A stretch of 64,000 bases of DNA from Mobula hypostoma. Its lineage: Eukaryota. The notes under the pieces were generated by a model. That model was not told the DNA's origin and ran no database searches. It saw nothing but the letters and a program-made list of their open reading frames with translations. Location of the stretch: positions 190,156,001 through 190,220,000 of the forward strand of contig NC_086097.1 in the NCBI RefSeq assembly GCF_963921235.1. The letters run 5' to 3'. Positions 36,031 to 50,300 of the stretch are shown piece after piece (position 1 is the stretch's first letter; the number at the start of each line of letters is the position of its first letter). The position numbers and the translations under genes are program-made.

Positions 36031-39000
36031 ATGTCTGGACCTATCCCAAGCCTGTGGTGTTAAGGAGTGTCTGTGGGTTGAGAGAGATTCAGTGAATGGG
36101 GAAGTTTGTGATGGGAGAGAGTGGCTGTGTCCCAAAGTTGTAACACCATAAGTGTCTTAGGCTGAGATTATTACAGACAGATAGCCTTCTCACTTTGCTT
36201 TGCCTGAGTTAGGATGGTGGTGTGATTGGCAGAACGACACCAAGAACACAGTACAAGCTGCTATCATTTTAAGCTGCCTCTTTGCCCTCTGCATTTTAGA
36301 TTAAAAAGTGTGTCAATTGGGACTAATAAAAAAGTTTAATTCTCACCATAACTAACAATTTCAAATCATTAAAGAAACAAAAACATTGTTAACACTAAAT
36401 AAGCCCCTGAAGCAGTTCTGGAATACAGGACACAGGATTGTGATGGTTGAATGCCCTTTTCTCATTTAATACAACCTCTTGCTGCCTGATGTCTGTGTCC
36501 AGCGATTGCTAACGTTACTGTTCACTGACTGCATGGATTAGCTGGGGGGAGGGGGGCAGGAGGTTGGGTGCAGGGGGGGTGTGGAAAGTCAATATTTGAT
36601 GATCTTATATAAAGATAATCTGCACTGTTTAAAACCAATCTGATTCTTCCATTGTGTTTTCAAGATGATTGTGGAGGTATTAACATTATTTGGAATGATG
36701 CAATGTAACTAATAGATAGGGAAATGACATCAATGTTTTGTGGTGCTACATGGTGAAGGAAATCAAAAGAACATTTGTTTTATTATGTATAAAGAAATAG
36801 AGATCCTATGGAATCATTATGGAATGACAGTGGGATGACTAGCAGTAGAGGTAAAGGTTAGGATTTTAAACCAGGTTTAAACTGGGTGATAGCTGGGTGC
36901 CGTGGCTTGAAGGGCAGGAAGGGCCTATTCTGCACTCTATGTCAATAAAATTTTTAAAAATGAACCCACCAATTATTTCAGTTCATCTAGATTCATTCTT
37001 AACACTCCCTCACAAACTGAACTATAATCTTCATACACACATCTCAATGAACACAATGAATAAATTCACCCATAATGGCCCAATCTGCCAAACTCATTCC
37101 CCTATATATACGGACATATTTACTACTGCAAACCATGACACAAAAACTAATTGACTGTGGTGGTGCATCTGCACTGGAGGCAAAACTACTGATGCTCAAA
37201 TTTGACCTGAATATAGAGGGCAGAGGAAGTAAATGGAGGTATTAGTGCAGTATTGGAAGGTTCAGGAAGTTAAGGTAGCTAAGCAATAGAATAGGTGGGA
37301 TACTGAAGGGCACAAAGAGAGAGTAGTCAGTGGGATTAGAATGGACAGGACATTGAAAGGTCTCGGGGGCAAGGGAAGAATCAGATCAGAATAACGTGTT
37401 GAAAGCTACAGAGAGGGAGCAGAGAATCGAATTGCATGGTGGGATAGTAAAAGGTTCAGAGAGTGACAAGAGACGGGTTTAGTTTGAACAGAAGTGGAAT
37501 TAAAGTCAGGAAGCCCTTATTGAGGAAACAGAAGAACATATTATAGCCTGCAAGCACTTCTGCGCTTTCTGTCCTGAAGAATGGGAGTGAAGGTAAGGAG
37601 GAGGGTGAAATGACTGCCCTCTTTGGAACTCTAATTTACAAATATTTTTGCTGGAAGTGAGTATAGAGGGCACTGAATCACCTTCAGCTCAGTTCCCCTT
37701 TCATGAAACTGTCCCTACTGCTGTAGTCAGTGCTAGAAGAACTTTCTCACCACCCAGTCAGCAGTAACCTGATCACTGAGCACCAGCACCAGGACGCTGG
37801 CCATGTTTCAACTTTTGCTCTTATTCCTGTACTATAAACCTGAGATAAAAAGGCTGCGATTTTCAAAAATAAATTAACTACTAGAACTTATAATCCGGAG
37901 CTAATACTGCCTGTTCACAGAGCCTCATAGTTGCTGGAACTTGTGGTTGTGGAACATACATCCCATCGACGAAACTCCCTTTATTAAAATGGTATGTGTC
38001 CAACCTTTACTATGTTGAAAGATTAGTCACTCAATTTTAACTGTAAACTGGCTAAACAGTAGAGAGAGAAAAAAAGTAATGATACACAGAAACTTGATTT
38101 TACTCTCATAGTCACCACATATAAATAAAGGACAATGTGCTCTCTAAGGGGAACTTGACCATGGTGCCTTCATACTGCATTGCTGCAGGACGGACAAGGA
38201 CAGCACAAAGGTTTGGTTGCCAAAGGGCATGTGCTGTTATTCCACAGTTCTAATATGTAAACATTTATTTGTTTCCTCAGTTTTTTTTCTGCATCCAAGA
38301 CACAATATTAGATATTTGGAGGAACACATTTCAAAGCTCATTTATCATCATGTGTTTGGTTTATTTGGAAGAACATCAATCCCGCCTACAACAGCTCATA
38401 TCTTTTACAAAAACCAAGTATGTTTCTACTAAGGTATTTTTAAACAAAACTGTTTCAGATATAAAAGAATTTTAACTTCTTAGTCTTTCAACTGTAAAGT
38501 TACAAACCTATTTTTCTATTTGATATTTAGCAATATAAAGCCATATTATTAATTGCTATTTCCATGATCACATTGAGAATCATTGACTTCCATTTAAACG
38601 TAAGATCTATAGATCATTGGGATAGAGAAAACTTATTTCTTGCTTCAGAAATTCCGATGATCCCTCATGAATCAGCTGGCTTCACCACCTCAGCATACCA
38701 TTTGGTTTGCACAAAACTGAATGTTAGTATGTAAGACTGAGAAAGCTGGATGAGACAGTTAAGGCCATGGAGAACACACAGTAGAACTTTCAGTTGTTCA
38801 GCTTTTTAACTGTCATGAAAATCAGTCATGGTAGACCATAGCCTCAATCTTGCAAAATGTTTAGTGCTGTATTTCAGAAGTTCTTCATTGGTTGTAAACA
38901 ATAAGGAAATATCTTGAGAGTGATGTGAAAGATGCTATATAAGAACAGCTATTTATTTTCCTGAACTTCCAAGATGCCACCACAACCATCAATTTCACAA

Positions 39001-39669
39001 GGCTTCTTCACATTGACTGGATTTTTCATTCCTTGCAGCATGGTACTTTAGGAATTTCTCAGGGCTGCTATTGCTGTCACTGGAACTTCACCATAAATGC
39101 AAAGAAAACCCAATTTATTTATGTAAATAGCTTTTCCACTGCACCAACCTACTTTTTCACCCACATTAGTGGCATGCAGCAGCACAGTTGTATTTACTTT
39201 ATAGTGGACAGGAAGTTGCAGGAGGAAATAACGCAAAGTAGGCATAAACATTAGTGTCTGCGTGAGCAGTATTTTGACAGCAAGGCCATTTTGAAACTTC
39301 TGTGCCGGCAGCTCAGAATAAGATTGCACAAATCTGCTTAGTAATAAGCATTAGCCATCAGTCATTCAAAACATGTCAGAGCCTTTTACAGTGTTAGAAT
39401 AATTTTCCAAGACATTTACAATGTGTAAGGTGCATAGCATGTTCAAACCTTTAAAAAATTTTGAAAGATTCCAAATTATTATTGGAGGTAATTTAATATG
39501 CTTTGAAAAGATATTAAGAAGCCTTTTCAAATCAAGAGGCACTGGAAAAACAAGTGATTAGAAATATTTTTCACTGCTTCAAACTCAACAATCAATTTCT
39601 AAGTTACAAAGTTATTGGTAAAAAATATTTAAAACATGTGAGTGGACTGTTGAGAGATTAGAAAGCTCT

Positions 39670-40215
39670 GAGTTGGAGAGGAGTCTCGGTGTCCTAATGT
39701 ATAATTCATAGAAGGCTGATATGTAAGTACAGACAGTGATTGTGAAAGATATCAACATTTTACTTCTTATTGCTCGAGGAATTGAATATGTAGGCAGGGA
39801 TATTCCACTTATGTTATATAGAACATTGGTGGGATCACAAATGGAATGTCATATACTGTATTGGTCTTGTTATTTAAGCATGAATGTTAATACATTAGAA
39901 ACAGCTCAGAGAATTTCTGGCATAATACCTAGAATTGGTGGCTTGTCTCATTAAGAAAGAGTCAACAAGCTGGGTTTGTATCTGCAGCAGTTTAGAGGAG
40001 TGAGAGGGTACTCGGATGAAAGATACAAGCTCCTGAGGGTAAATGACAGAACTGATGTGGAGAGAATGTTTTCTTTTCTGGGTAGATCTGAAAATAGTTG
40101 TTTAGATCTAACACATTGCTCAGTTAGGGTAGAAATGGAGACTTTTTCTCTCAAAGGGCTATTGAACATTCTTAAAACAGAAGGAGATATATTTTTGATA
40201 AACAAAGGGCTGAAA
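39670..40215 (+). mobile_element. Old CR1 3' fragment
   Basis: IARGIEY…LMLYRTLVGSQMEC; YKLLRVNDRTDVERMF. Confidence 0.7.
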
Positions 40216-40224
40216 GGTTGCCAT

Positions 40225-40617
40225 TCACCCTTACCCTTTTTATTGTATTCTGGTGGCCTTCTTATGCTTTCTCTCCTCTTTCCCCAACCTCACAACCTGC
40301 TCATCACTTCCCTCTGGTTCCCCACCTCCTTCCTTTTATTCCTTTGTCCTCTCCTATCTGATTCCTTCTTCTCAACCCTTTTATTTCTTTCATATAGCTT
40401 TGCACTTTATCCCCCTTCCCCACCAACCTACCCATCCCCTCACCTGATTTCACCTATCATCTGGCAGCGTGTATTCCTCCCCTCCCTTCACCTTCTTATT
40501 CTGGCTTCTGCCCTTCCTTTCCAGTCCTGATGAAGGGTCTCAGCCAGAACACTGCATATTTGTCTCTATTGATGGTGTCTGGGTACTGAGTTCCTGCAAC
40601 ATTTTGTGTGTGTTGCT
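40225..40617 (+). mobile_element. Penelope-like terminal repeat
   Basis: Pyrimidine-rich tract followed by cagtcctgatgaagggtctcagcc…ctgagttcc…tgtgtgttgc. Confidence 0.7.
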
Positions 40618-41409
40618 CAGGTTAGGAGATTCATCTGATATCAGTGTTTCTGATTTTCTGGTTATGACTGAGCACATACAAACAGAATATCACAAATGCT
40701 AAAGTGAAGTAAAGGCTATACTTAATAGATTCTACATTACAAATATCTGGTTTATATGCTGTTTTTCTGCCATTTTCGACATGTAAAACTTTACCAGAAA
40801 CAGGGATTTCCCCATCTCTACCCTAGAAATGTCGAATTTCTGGGAATGTAGACAGCTAGATAAGCTGTTTTTATTGCTTATTCCCAATTGCATTTGAGAA
40901 GATGATAATGAATCTGCTTTACTGGTGACCTTTACTTCTTTGCAGTATGTAAAGGAATGTCAACTTCTTTATAGTCGGCCAATTCTTCCCTGTGGAAATG
41001 CAGTCACATGTAGGCAAAGCCAAACAGAGTGGACCATGTCTCCTACCTGATAGATATTGAATAAGTCTGGTTTTGAAAGCAACTCATCCATGACAACCAA
41101 GATTTCTACCAGAATTAGTCATATTTCCCAGTGTTTCATCTAAATCCTTCTATAATTTCTCATCTGTGTACCTGCCCAATGTCTTTTAAACGTTGAAATT
41201 GTACCCACCTCTGCCACTGCCTCTGACAACTCATTCCACATAACCATGACCCTTTGTGGGAACAACTTTCCCGTCTTGCTCCCTTTAAAACATTCTGCTT
41301 TTGCCTTGTTTCTGGATTGCGTTGGGTCACTTTACAATTGTTCACATTTTTGATGTTAAGCCCATCATCAAGTGGCCACACATTTTTATCCAGTAGGCTT
41401 CAATAATAA

Positions 41410-43868
41410 TAAGACCATAAGACATAGGAGCAGTATTAGGTCATTTGGTCCATTGAGTCTGCTCTACCATTCATTCATGGCTGATTCTTTTCTAACCTTC
41501 TCAGCCGCACTCCACAGCCTTCTCCTTGTAACATTTGATGCCATGTCCAATCAAGAACCGACCAAGCTCTGCCTTAAGTAAACCCAACAATATGGCCTCC
41601 ACAGCTGCCTGTGGTAAAAAATTACGGAAATTCACTACCCTCTGGCTAAAAGAAATTTCTCCTCATTTCTGTTTTAAATGGATGCCCCTCTATCCTGAGA
41701 CCCTGCCCTCTTGTTCTATACTCACCAATCATGGGAAACATCCTTTCCACATCTTCTCTGTCTAGGCCTTTCAACATTTGAAAGGTTTCAATGAGATCCT
41801 CCTTCATCTCTCTAAATTCCAGTTATTACAGACCCAGAGCCATCAAACATTCCTCGTATGATAACCCTTTCATTCCCGGAATTATATTTGTGAACCTCCT
41901 CTGAACACTCTCCAGTGCCAGCAAATCTTTTCTTAGATGAGGAGCCCAAAACTGTTCACAATACTCAAGGTCAGTCCTCAACAGTGTCTTATAAACCCTC
42001 AGCATCATATTCCACACTTGTATCCAAGACCTCTTGAAATGAATGCTAATATTGCATTTGTCTTCCTCGCCACCAACTCTAAAGTTAATCTTTAGGGAGT
42101 TCTGCACAAAGACTCCCAAGTCCATTTGCATCTCCAATTTTTGGATTTTCTCCCCGTTTAGAAAATAGCCTGCACATTTATTTCTTCTACCAACGTGCAT
42201 GACCATGCATTTTCCAGCATTGTATTTAATTTGCCACTCTCTTTCCCATTCTCCTAATCTAAGTCCTTCTGCAGCCTGTTTCCTCAAAACTACCTGCTCC
42301 TCCACCCATCTTCGTATCATCTGCAAACTTGACAACAAAGCTATCTATTCCATCATCTAAATCATTGAAGTACAGCATAAAATGAAGCAGTCCCATCACC
42401 AGCCCCTGCAGAACACCACTAGTCACTGGCAGCCAACCAGTCAAGGATCCTTTTATTCCCACTCGCTGCCTCCTACCAATCAACCAATGCTCTAACCAAG
42501 TTAGTAACTTTCCTGTAATACCATGGGTTCTTAATGTGCTAAGCAGCCTCATGTGTGGCACCTTGTCAAAGGCCTTCTGAAAGTCCAAAGATACAAAATT
42601 TGCTGCATCCTCTTTTTCTGTCTTATGTGTAATCTCCTCAAAGAATTTTAACAGTTTTGTCTGGCAAGATCTTCCCTTAAGGAAACAATGTTGACTTTGA
42701 CCTGTCTTGTCCGACGTCACCAAATACTCCATTGCCTCATCATTAACAATTGACTAACATCTTCCCAACCATTGAGGTCAGGCTAACTGGTCTATAATTT
42801 CCTTTCTGCTGCTTGCCTCCTTTCTTAAAGAGTGGAGTGACATTTGCAATTTTCCAGTCCTCTGGCACCATGCCAGAGTCCAATAATTTTTGAAAGATCA
42901 TTTTTAATGTCTCACAATCTCTACCACCACCTCTTTCAGAACCCTAGGGTACACTTCATCTGGCCTGGGTGACTTATGTAACTTTAGGTCTTTTAGCTTT
43001 TTGAGCACATTCTCCCTTGTAATAGTAACAACACTCTCTTCTCTTCCCTCACACCCTTCAACATCTGGCACACTGCTGGTGTCTTCCACAGTGAAGATTG
43101 ATGCAATATACTCATTTAGTTCATCTGCCATCTCCTTGACTCCCATTATTATTTCTCTGGCCTCATTTTTTAATGGTCCTATATCCATTCTCATCTCTCT
43201 TATTTTTTATATACTTGAAAAAGCTTTTACTATTTACTTTGATATTGTTTGCTAGGTTGCTTTCATATTTTATCTTTTCCCCCAATGATTCTTTTCGTTG
43301 CTTTCTGTAGGTTTTTAAAGCTTTCCAATCCTCTGTCTTCCCACTAATTTTTGTTTTGTTGTATGCCCTTGCCTTTGCCTTTACATTAGCTATGAGTTCC
43401 CTTGTCAGTCACAGTGACCATTTTGCCATTTGAGTATTTCTTTGTTTTTGGAATACATCTATCCTGCACCTTCATGATTTTTCCCAGAAACTCATGCCAT
43501 TACTGATCTGCTGTCATCCCTGCCAGCATATCCTTCCAACTTACTTTGGCCAATTCCTCTCTCACACCACTGTAATTTCCTTTACTAAAATGAAATAATG
43601 CTACATCAGACTTTACTTTCTCCTTAACAAATATTCAGTTGAACCCAATCATATTGTGATCACTGCCTCCTGAATGTTCTTTTATCATAAGCTCCCTAAT
43701 CACCTCCGGTTCATTACATAACACCCAATCCAGTATAGCTGGTAGGCTCAACAACAAACTGCTCTAAAAAGCCATCTCATAGGCATTCATCAAACTCACT
43801 CTCTTGGGATCCACTTCCAATCTGATTTTCTAAATTGACCTGTATGTTGAAATATTCCATGATTATAA
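41410..43868 (-). mobile_element. Degraded CR1 LINE
   Basis: ORFs 41826-43194 (DFQKAFDKVPH, FADDTK); tcttatggtctta tail. Confidence 0.9.
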
Positions 43869-44844
43869 TGGCTTAAATTGGGAACAGACTCTGGCAAATA
43901 TACAGCTCGTTCTCTTAAACATACAATCTAAAAATATTCCTTCCTTGCCTCTCCAAACTAGTCAAAGATATAATTTCAGCAAGTAGCTATCAATTTTCAA
44001 TAACGATTGATTAACTTTTGAAATGGAAACATGATTTGGGGAATGAATTTTAAAATCAGTTCAGGACATCCGACTGACTGGCCGGGAGTCACCATAGAAA
44101 TGTGATTGATCTAAAGGGTTAATTGAAGCAGGAAAGATAAGAAGAATATTTTAAAATCAGATATCAAGAATCTTTGCAATGGAAACACTGCTCTGAACTG
44201 TAACTATAAATTCCTAAGCTAATTATCCAGCAGCAGACACAGCTGAATCATTCAGAGGGGTAATTAGCAATCAGAGATAATGAATAGTGCAGCCTTTCAT
44301 TGTCATACAGAATTGAGCATGGTGCTGCCTTAGGGAACCCAATCATTTCCTATTCCTTTCTCCAGGCTTTGTTGGTACATTGAGTGCATCAGTCCATTTT
44401 ATTACTCCCCACTGTTTAATCCATCTACGGGTTGCCACACACTTTTGATCCTGTCTGTCAAGCTCATTCAAAGCAGCAAGCCCATTTCTGGTTACATTAC
44501 TGGCATTTATTTCAGTAAAAAAAAAAATCCACATATTTTTCATATTAATCCGAGTTGTTTAATTAAGTAAATAATCAGAAAAGGCCTATAATGTTGCAGC
44601 TGGTCAAGAGTTCAAAATTTATTTTGAAAATTCTGCTGAAATACAATGGAATTATCAACATAAAGATGTGCAAGGTATTTTGTGAATGCAAGTAACATTT
44701 TTGGTAGTCTCAGCATTTGTGACTGTACTGGTTCCCAATGCAAGTCCAACATCAGAGCACACATTGATAACAGGGATAAAAGTACTTTGATTCTGGATCT
44801 TCTGTTAATCCAAGCCTCTTTGGTTAGATGAAATTGAAACCTTA

Positions 44845-45200
44845 CACCCCACCAGGTTCAGGAACAGTTATTTACCTTTAACCATTAAGCTCTTGAACCA
44901 GAGGGATAACTTCATTCAACTTCACCTGCCCCATCACTGAACAGATCCCACAACCTAAGGACTCACTTTCAAAGATTCTTCACCTCCTGTTTTCGATATT
45001 TAATGCTTATTTATTACTTTTTCTTTTTGTTTTGTATTTGCACAGTTCGTTGTCTTTTCCACTTTGGTTTTACTTGCAGTCTTTCATTGATTCTATTGTA
45101 TTTCTTTGTATTTAATGTGAATGCCTGCAAGAAAATGAACCTCTGGGTCATATATGGTGACATATATATACTTTGATGATAAATTAACTTTGAACTTTGA
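44845..45200 (+). mobile_element. Rex1/Babar-like 3' end
   Basis: accaggttcaggaacagtta… coding end and an aactttgaactttga tail (also seen at ~8470-8545). Confidence 0.6.
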
Positions 45201-45679
45201 ACTAATGCTGTGATGCTCATCTACATCTTTGTAAACTCCAAACTCAAGATATTGTTGTTCTTGCTTTGTGGCTTGCTCTGTTGGCTCCAGCTCAATTCAC
45301 ACTCTGGAGCCAATACTCTTTCACTGCTATCCTAATTCCTGGATCCTCAGCCAAGATTACCTTGTAGTTGTGGGTTGAAGTATACTCATCAGCCAAGGGA
45401 TGAGAATTCTGTTGCTCTTCTTCGAATAACGACATTGGCACTTTCACATCCTCACAGAAGATAGATGGAGCAGCTCCATTGTTGGCATCAAACCAACCAA
45501 TCAAGATCAGTTCAGAAAGTACAAAGTGTGTTATTTAATTATTTTTAAAGGCATGTAGGATAAATACAACATTAATGGGAACATAATAAATCAGAAAAAA
45601 GGATAAAAAAAAGAAAATATGGGCCAGGCAGATATTCAAACACTAGAAGATTTCAATACCTAGGAAGGCAAGGCATTTC

Positions 45680-46720
45680 CCACATATTGGATTAGATATT
45701 GGCTTTGTGGGAGAAGCCAGAGAGTGGTAGTCAAGGGTTGCCTCTCTGACTGGAGGCCTGTGACTAGTGGTATGCTGCAGGGTTTGGTACTGGGTTCGTT
45801 GTGGTTTGTCATCTCTATCAATGATCTAGATGATAATGTGGTTAACTGGATCAGCAAATTTGCAGATGATACCAAGATTGGGGGTGTGGTGGACAGCAAG
45901 AAACACTACCCACTGCAGTGGGATCAGGACCAGCTGGAAAAGTGGGCTGAAAAATGGCAGATGGAATTTAATGCAGACAAGTGCGAGATGTTGCACTTCA
46001 GCAGGACTGACCACGGTAGTTCTAACGCAACAAATGGTAGGACACTAAAGAGTGCCATTGAACAAAGGGCTCTGGGAATACAGGTCCAGAATTCAAAAGT
46101 AGGGTTGGAAAGAAAGCTTTTGGCAGATTGGCCTTAAGAAATCAAAGCAGGACTTGGGATATTATATTGAAGTTGTATACAATGTTGGTAAAGCCGAATT
46201 TGGGGCATTGTGTACAGTCGTGGTCTCCTACCTACAGGGAAGATGCAAATAAGGTTGAAAGAGTACAGAGAAAATCGACAATGGTGTTGCCAAGACCAGG
46301 AGGACCTGAGATATAAGGAAAGATTGAAGGAATAAGTTTGGACTTTATTCCCTGGAACATTTAAGACTGAGGGGAGATTTGGAATACAAAATTATGAGAT
46401 GTATAGATAAGTTAAATGCAAGCCTACTTTTTCCACTGGGGATGAGTGTGACTACAACTAGAGGTCGTGTGTCAAGGGTGAAAGGTAAAATGTGTAAGAG
46501 GAATATGTTGGGAGATATCTTCACTCAGAAGCTCATGAGAGTGTGGAACAAGCTGCCTGTGCAAATCGTGCGTGCACGTTCGATTTCAATGTTTAAGAGA
46601 TGTTTGGATGGGTATATGGACGGTAAGGAATGGAGGGTACAGGTCGATGGAGCTAAATGTTTTGGCACAGACCAGATGGAGCATTGGGCCTGCTTCTCTG
46701 CTGTACTTTTCTATGCCTCT
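45680..46720 (+). mobile_element. 5'-truncated CR1 LINE
   Basis: ORF 45724-46137 with FADDTK; 3' UTR present. Confidence 0.9.
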
Positions 46721-47389
46721 AAATCTCACTCTGTGATCTTGATATATTTGAATTTCTTTTCCTACATCACAGTGCTGTAGGAATTCGGAGTACATTATGT
46801 CATGCTCTTAAAAGGCAAGTACATAAACTGCAACTAAGCATTTGGAAAATACAATGTATGATGGAAATCTAAAATGAAAGCAGGTCAGGTGAGAGAGAAA
46901 ACAAGTAATATTTTTGGGTGATGACCTTTTATCACTTCTGAATGAATAATTTCTGATGGGATTCCAAAGTTTTGGCTTTCAGACATGATTCTCATATCAG
47001 ATCAGGAAAAAAAATATAAGTGTTGCAGATACATAAAATGAACATAGGATAATTTGGAATAAAGAAACAAACACAAGTGCCTTGCATGGATATTCAAACT
47101 ATTTTCTTGATGAACAAATAGCAATTGTTAATTGGTCTCTATTTAAATTTGCAAACTCTTTATTGGAGCTTTGTGTTTTCAGACATTGGAGGCAGTTATT
47201 AACAGCCTGCATGACATTTACAAATGTGCCATACTTAAAATAATAGGTCAATGCAAAACTAATGAATGTGGTCACTACATAATGAATGGTGAACTTAGAC
47301 AAAAGAAACAAAATGTGAAAATAACACTTGTAATTATGCTAGGAATAATTCATGAAGCAAATGACTTCTAACATCATAATTTTAAAGGT

Positions 47390-50300
47390 GACTGCAGTTT
47401 ACGGGAGTAATTTGGAGAATGCAAGGCTGGTTCATCTCTAAGATGAAGAAGCATTCTAAAGGGAGGATGAGGCAACCGTGGATGACAAAGGAAGTCAAAG
47501 ACAGCATAAAAGCAAGAGAAGGCAGACAATATAGCAGAGATGAGTGAGAAGCTTTTAGAAACCAACAGAAGGCAACTAAAAAAAAGGAGAGAAAAGATGA
47601 AATATAAAGCTAAGCTAGCTAATAATATGAAAGAAGATACCAAGAGTTTTTCAGATATTGTATATAAAGAGTAAAAGAATGATAAGAATGGAAATTGGAT
47701 TGCTGGAACATGATGGTGGAGATGTTGTAATGGGCAAAACAGATATGGCAAATGAACTGAACAAGTATTTTGTGTCAGTCTTCACTGTGGAAGTTATCAA
47801 CGGTGTGCCCAAAACTTAAAAGTATCAATGGGGGGGGGGGGGTGGAGGAGTGAGTTTGTTGCTATTATTAAGGAGAAGGTGCCTGGGAAGCCATAAGGCC
47901 AGAAGGTGGATAAGTCACCTGGACCAGATTGACACCAGCTTTCTGAAAGGCATCTGAAGAAACTGTGGAGGCATTAGTAGTGATTTTTCAAAAATCACTA
48001 GATTCTGGAATGCTTCTGGATAACTTGAAAATTACAACTATCATTCCTCTTTCTAGGAAGGAAGGGAGGCAAAAATGGAAAATTATAGGCCAGATAGCTT
48101 GAATTTAGTGTTGACAAGATGCTAGAGTCCATTATTAAGAATCAGGTTTTGGGGTACTTGGAGGCACACAATAACATAGGCCAGGAGTCAGCATAGAGAA
48201 CATAGAAACATAGATAATAGGTGCAGGAATAGGCCATTCAGCCCTTCGAGCCTGCACCGCCATTCAGTATGATCATGGCTGATCATCCAACTCAGAACCC
48301 TGTACCTGCCTTCTCTCCATATCCCCTGATTCCTTTAGCCACAAGGGCCATATCTAACTCCCTCTTAATTATAGCCAATAAACTGGCCTCAACTGTTTCC
48401 TGTAGCAGAGAATTCCACAGATTCACCACTCTCTGTGTGAAGAAGTTTTTCCTCATCTCGGTCCTAAAAGGCTTCCCCTTTATCCTTAAACTGTGACCCC
48501 TCGTTCTGGACATCCCCAACATCGGGAACAATCTTCCTGCACCTAACCTGTCCAACCCCTTTAGAATTTTATACGTTTCAATAAGATTCCCCTCAATCTT
48601 CTAAATTACAGCGAGTATAAGCCTAGTCTATCCAGTCTTTCATCATATGAAAGTCCTGCCATCCCAGGAATCAATCTGGTGAACCTTCATTGTACTCCCT
48701 CTATGGCAAGAACGTCTTTCCTCACATTAGGGGACCAAAGCTGCACACAATACTCCAGGTGTGGTCTCACCAAGGCCTTGTGCAACTGCAGTAGTACCTC
48801 CCTGCTCCTGTACTCGAATCCTCTTGCTATGAATGCCAGCATACCATTCGCCTTTTTCACCGTCTGCTGTAACTGCATGCCCACTTTCAATGACTAGTGT
48901 ACAATGACACCCAGGTCTCGTTGCACCTCCCCTTTTCCTAATCGGCCACCAATCAGATAATAATCTGTTTTCCTGTTTTTGCCACCAAAGTGGATAACCT
49001 CACATTTATCCACATTAAATTGCATCTGCCATGAATTTGCCCACTCACCTAACCCATCCAAGTCACCCTGCATCCTCTTAGCATCCTCCTCACAGCTAAC
49101 ACTACCACCCAGCTTTGTGTCATCCGCAAACTTGGAGATGCTGCATTTAGTTCCCTCGTCTAAGTCATTAATATATATTGTAAACAACTGGGGTCCCAGC
49201 ACTGAGCCTTGCGGTACCCCACTAATCACCACCTGCCATTCTGATAAGGTCCCGTTTATTCCCACTCTTTGCTTCCTGTCTGCCAACCAATTCTCTATCC
49301 ACATCAATACCTTACCCCCAATACCGTGTGCTTTAAGTTTGCACACTAATCTCCTGTGTGGGACCTTGTCAAAAGCCTTTTGAAAATTCAAATATACCAC
49401 ATCCACTGGTTCTCCCCTATCCACTCTACTAGTTACATCCTCAAAAAATTCTATTAGATTCGCTAGACATGATTTTCCTTTCACAAATCCATGCTGACTT
49501 TGTCCGATGATTTCACTGCTTTCCAAATGTGCTGTTATCACATCTCTGATAACTGACTCCAGCATTTTCCCCACCACCAATGTTAGGCTAACCGGTCTAT
49601 AATTCCCCGGTTTCTCTCTCCCTCATTTTTTAAAAAGCAGGGTTACATTAGCAACCTTCCACTCCTCGGGAACTAGTCCAGAATCTAAAGAGTTTTGAAA
49701 AATTATCACTAATGCATCCTTTATTTCTTGAGCTACTTCCTTAAGCACTCTGGGATGCAGACCATCTGGCCCTGGGGATTTATCTGCCTTTAATCCCTTC
49801 AATTTACCTAACACCACTTCCCTACTAACATGTATTTCCCTCAGTTCCTCCATCTCACTAGACCCTCGGTCCCCTACTATTTCCGGAAGATTATTTATGT
49901 CCTCCTTAGTGAAGACAGAACCAAAGTATTTATTCAATTGGTCTGCCATGTCCTTGTTCCCCATGATCAATTCGCCTGTTTCTGATTGTAAGGGACCTAC
50001 ATTTGTCTTAACCAATCTTCTTCTTTTCACATATCTATAAAAGCTTTTACAGTCAGTTTTTATGTTCCCTGCTAGTTTTCTTTCATAATCTTTTTTTCCC
50101 TTTCCTAATTAAGCCCTTTGTCCTCCTCTGCTGGACTCTGAATTTCTCCCAGTCCTCAGGTGAGCCACTTTCTCTGGCTAATTTGTATGTTTCTTCTTTG
50201 GAATTGATACTATCCCTAATTTCCCTTGTCAGCCACGAGTGCACTACCTTCCCTGGTTTATTCTTTTGCCAAACTGGGATAAACAATTGTTGTTGTTTAT

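Noticed and set aside
39033..39329. Overlapping short ORFs following a good acceptor-like tract (ttccttgcag)
   Set aside because: No recognisable product and no strong donor
45292..45504. 70-aa minus-strand ORF with protein-like composition
   Set aside because: No recognisable family and no convincing flanking splice sites
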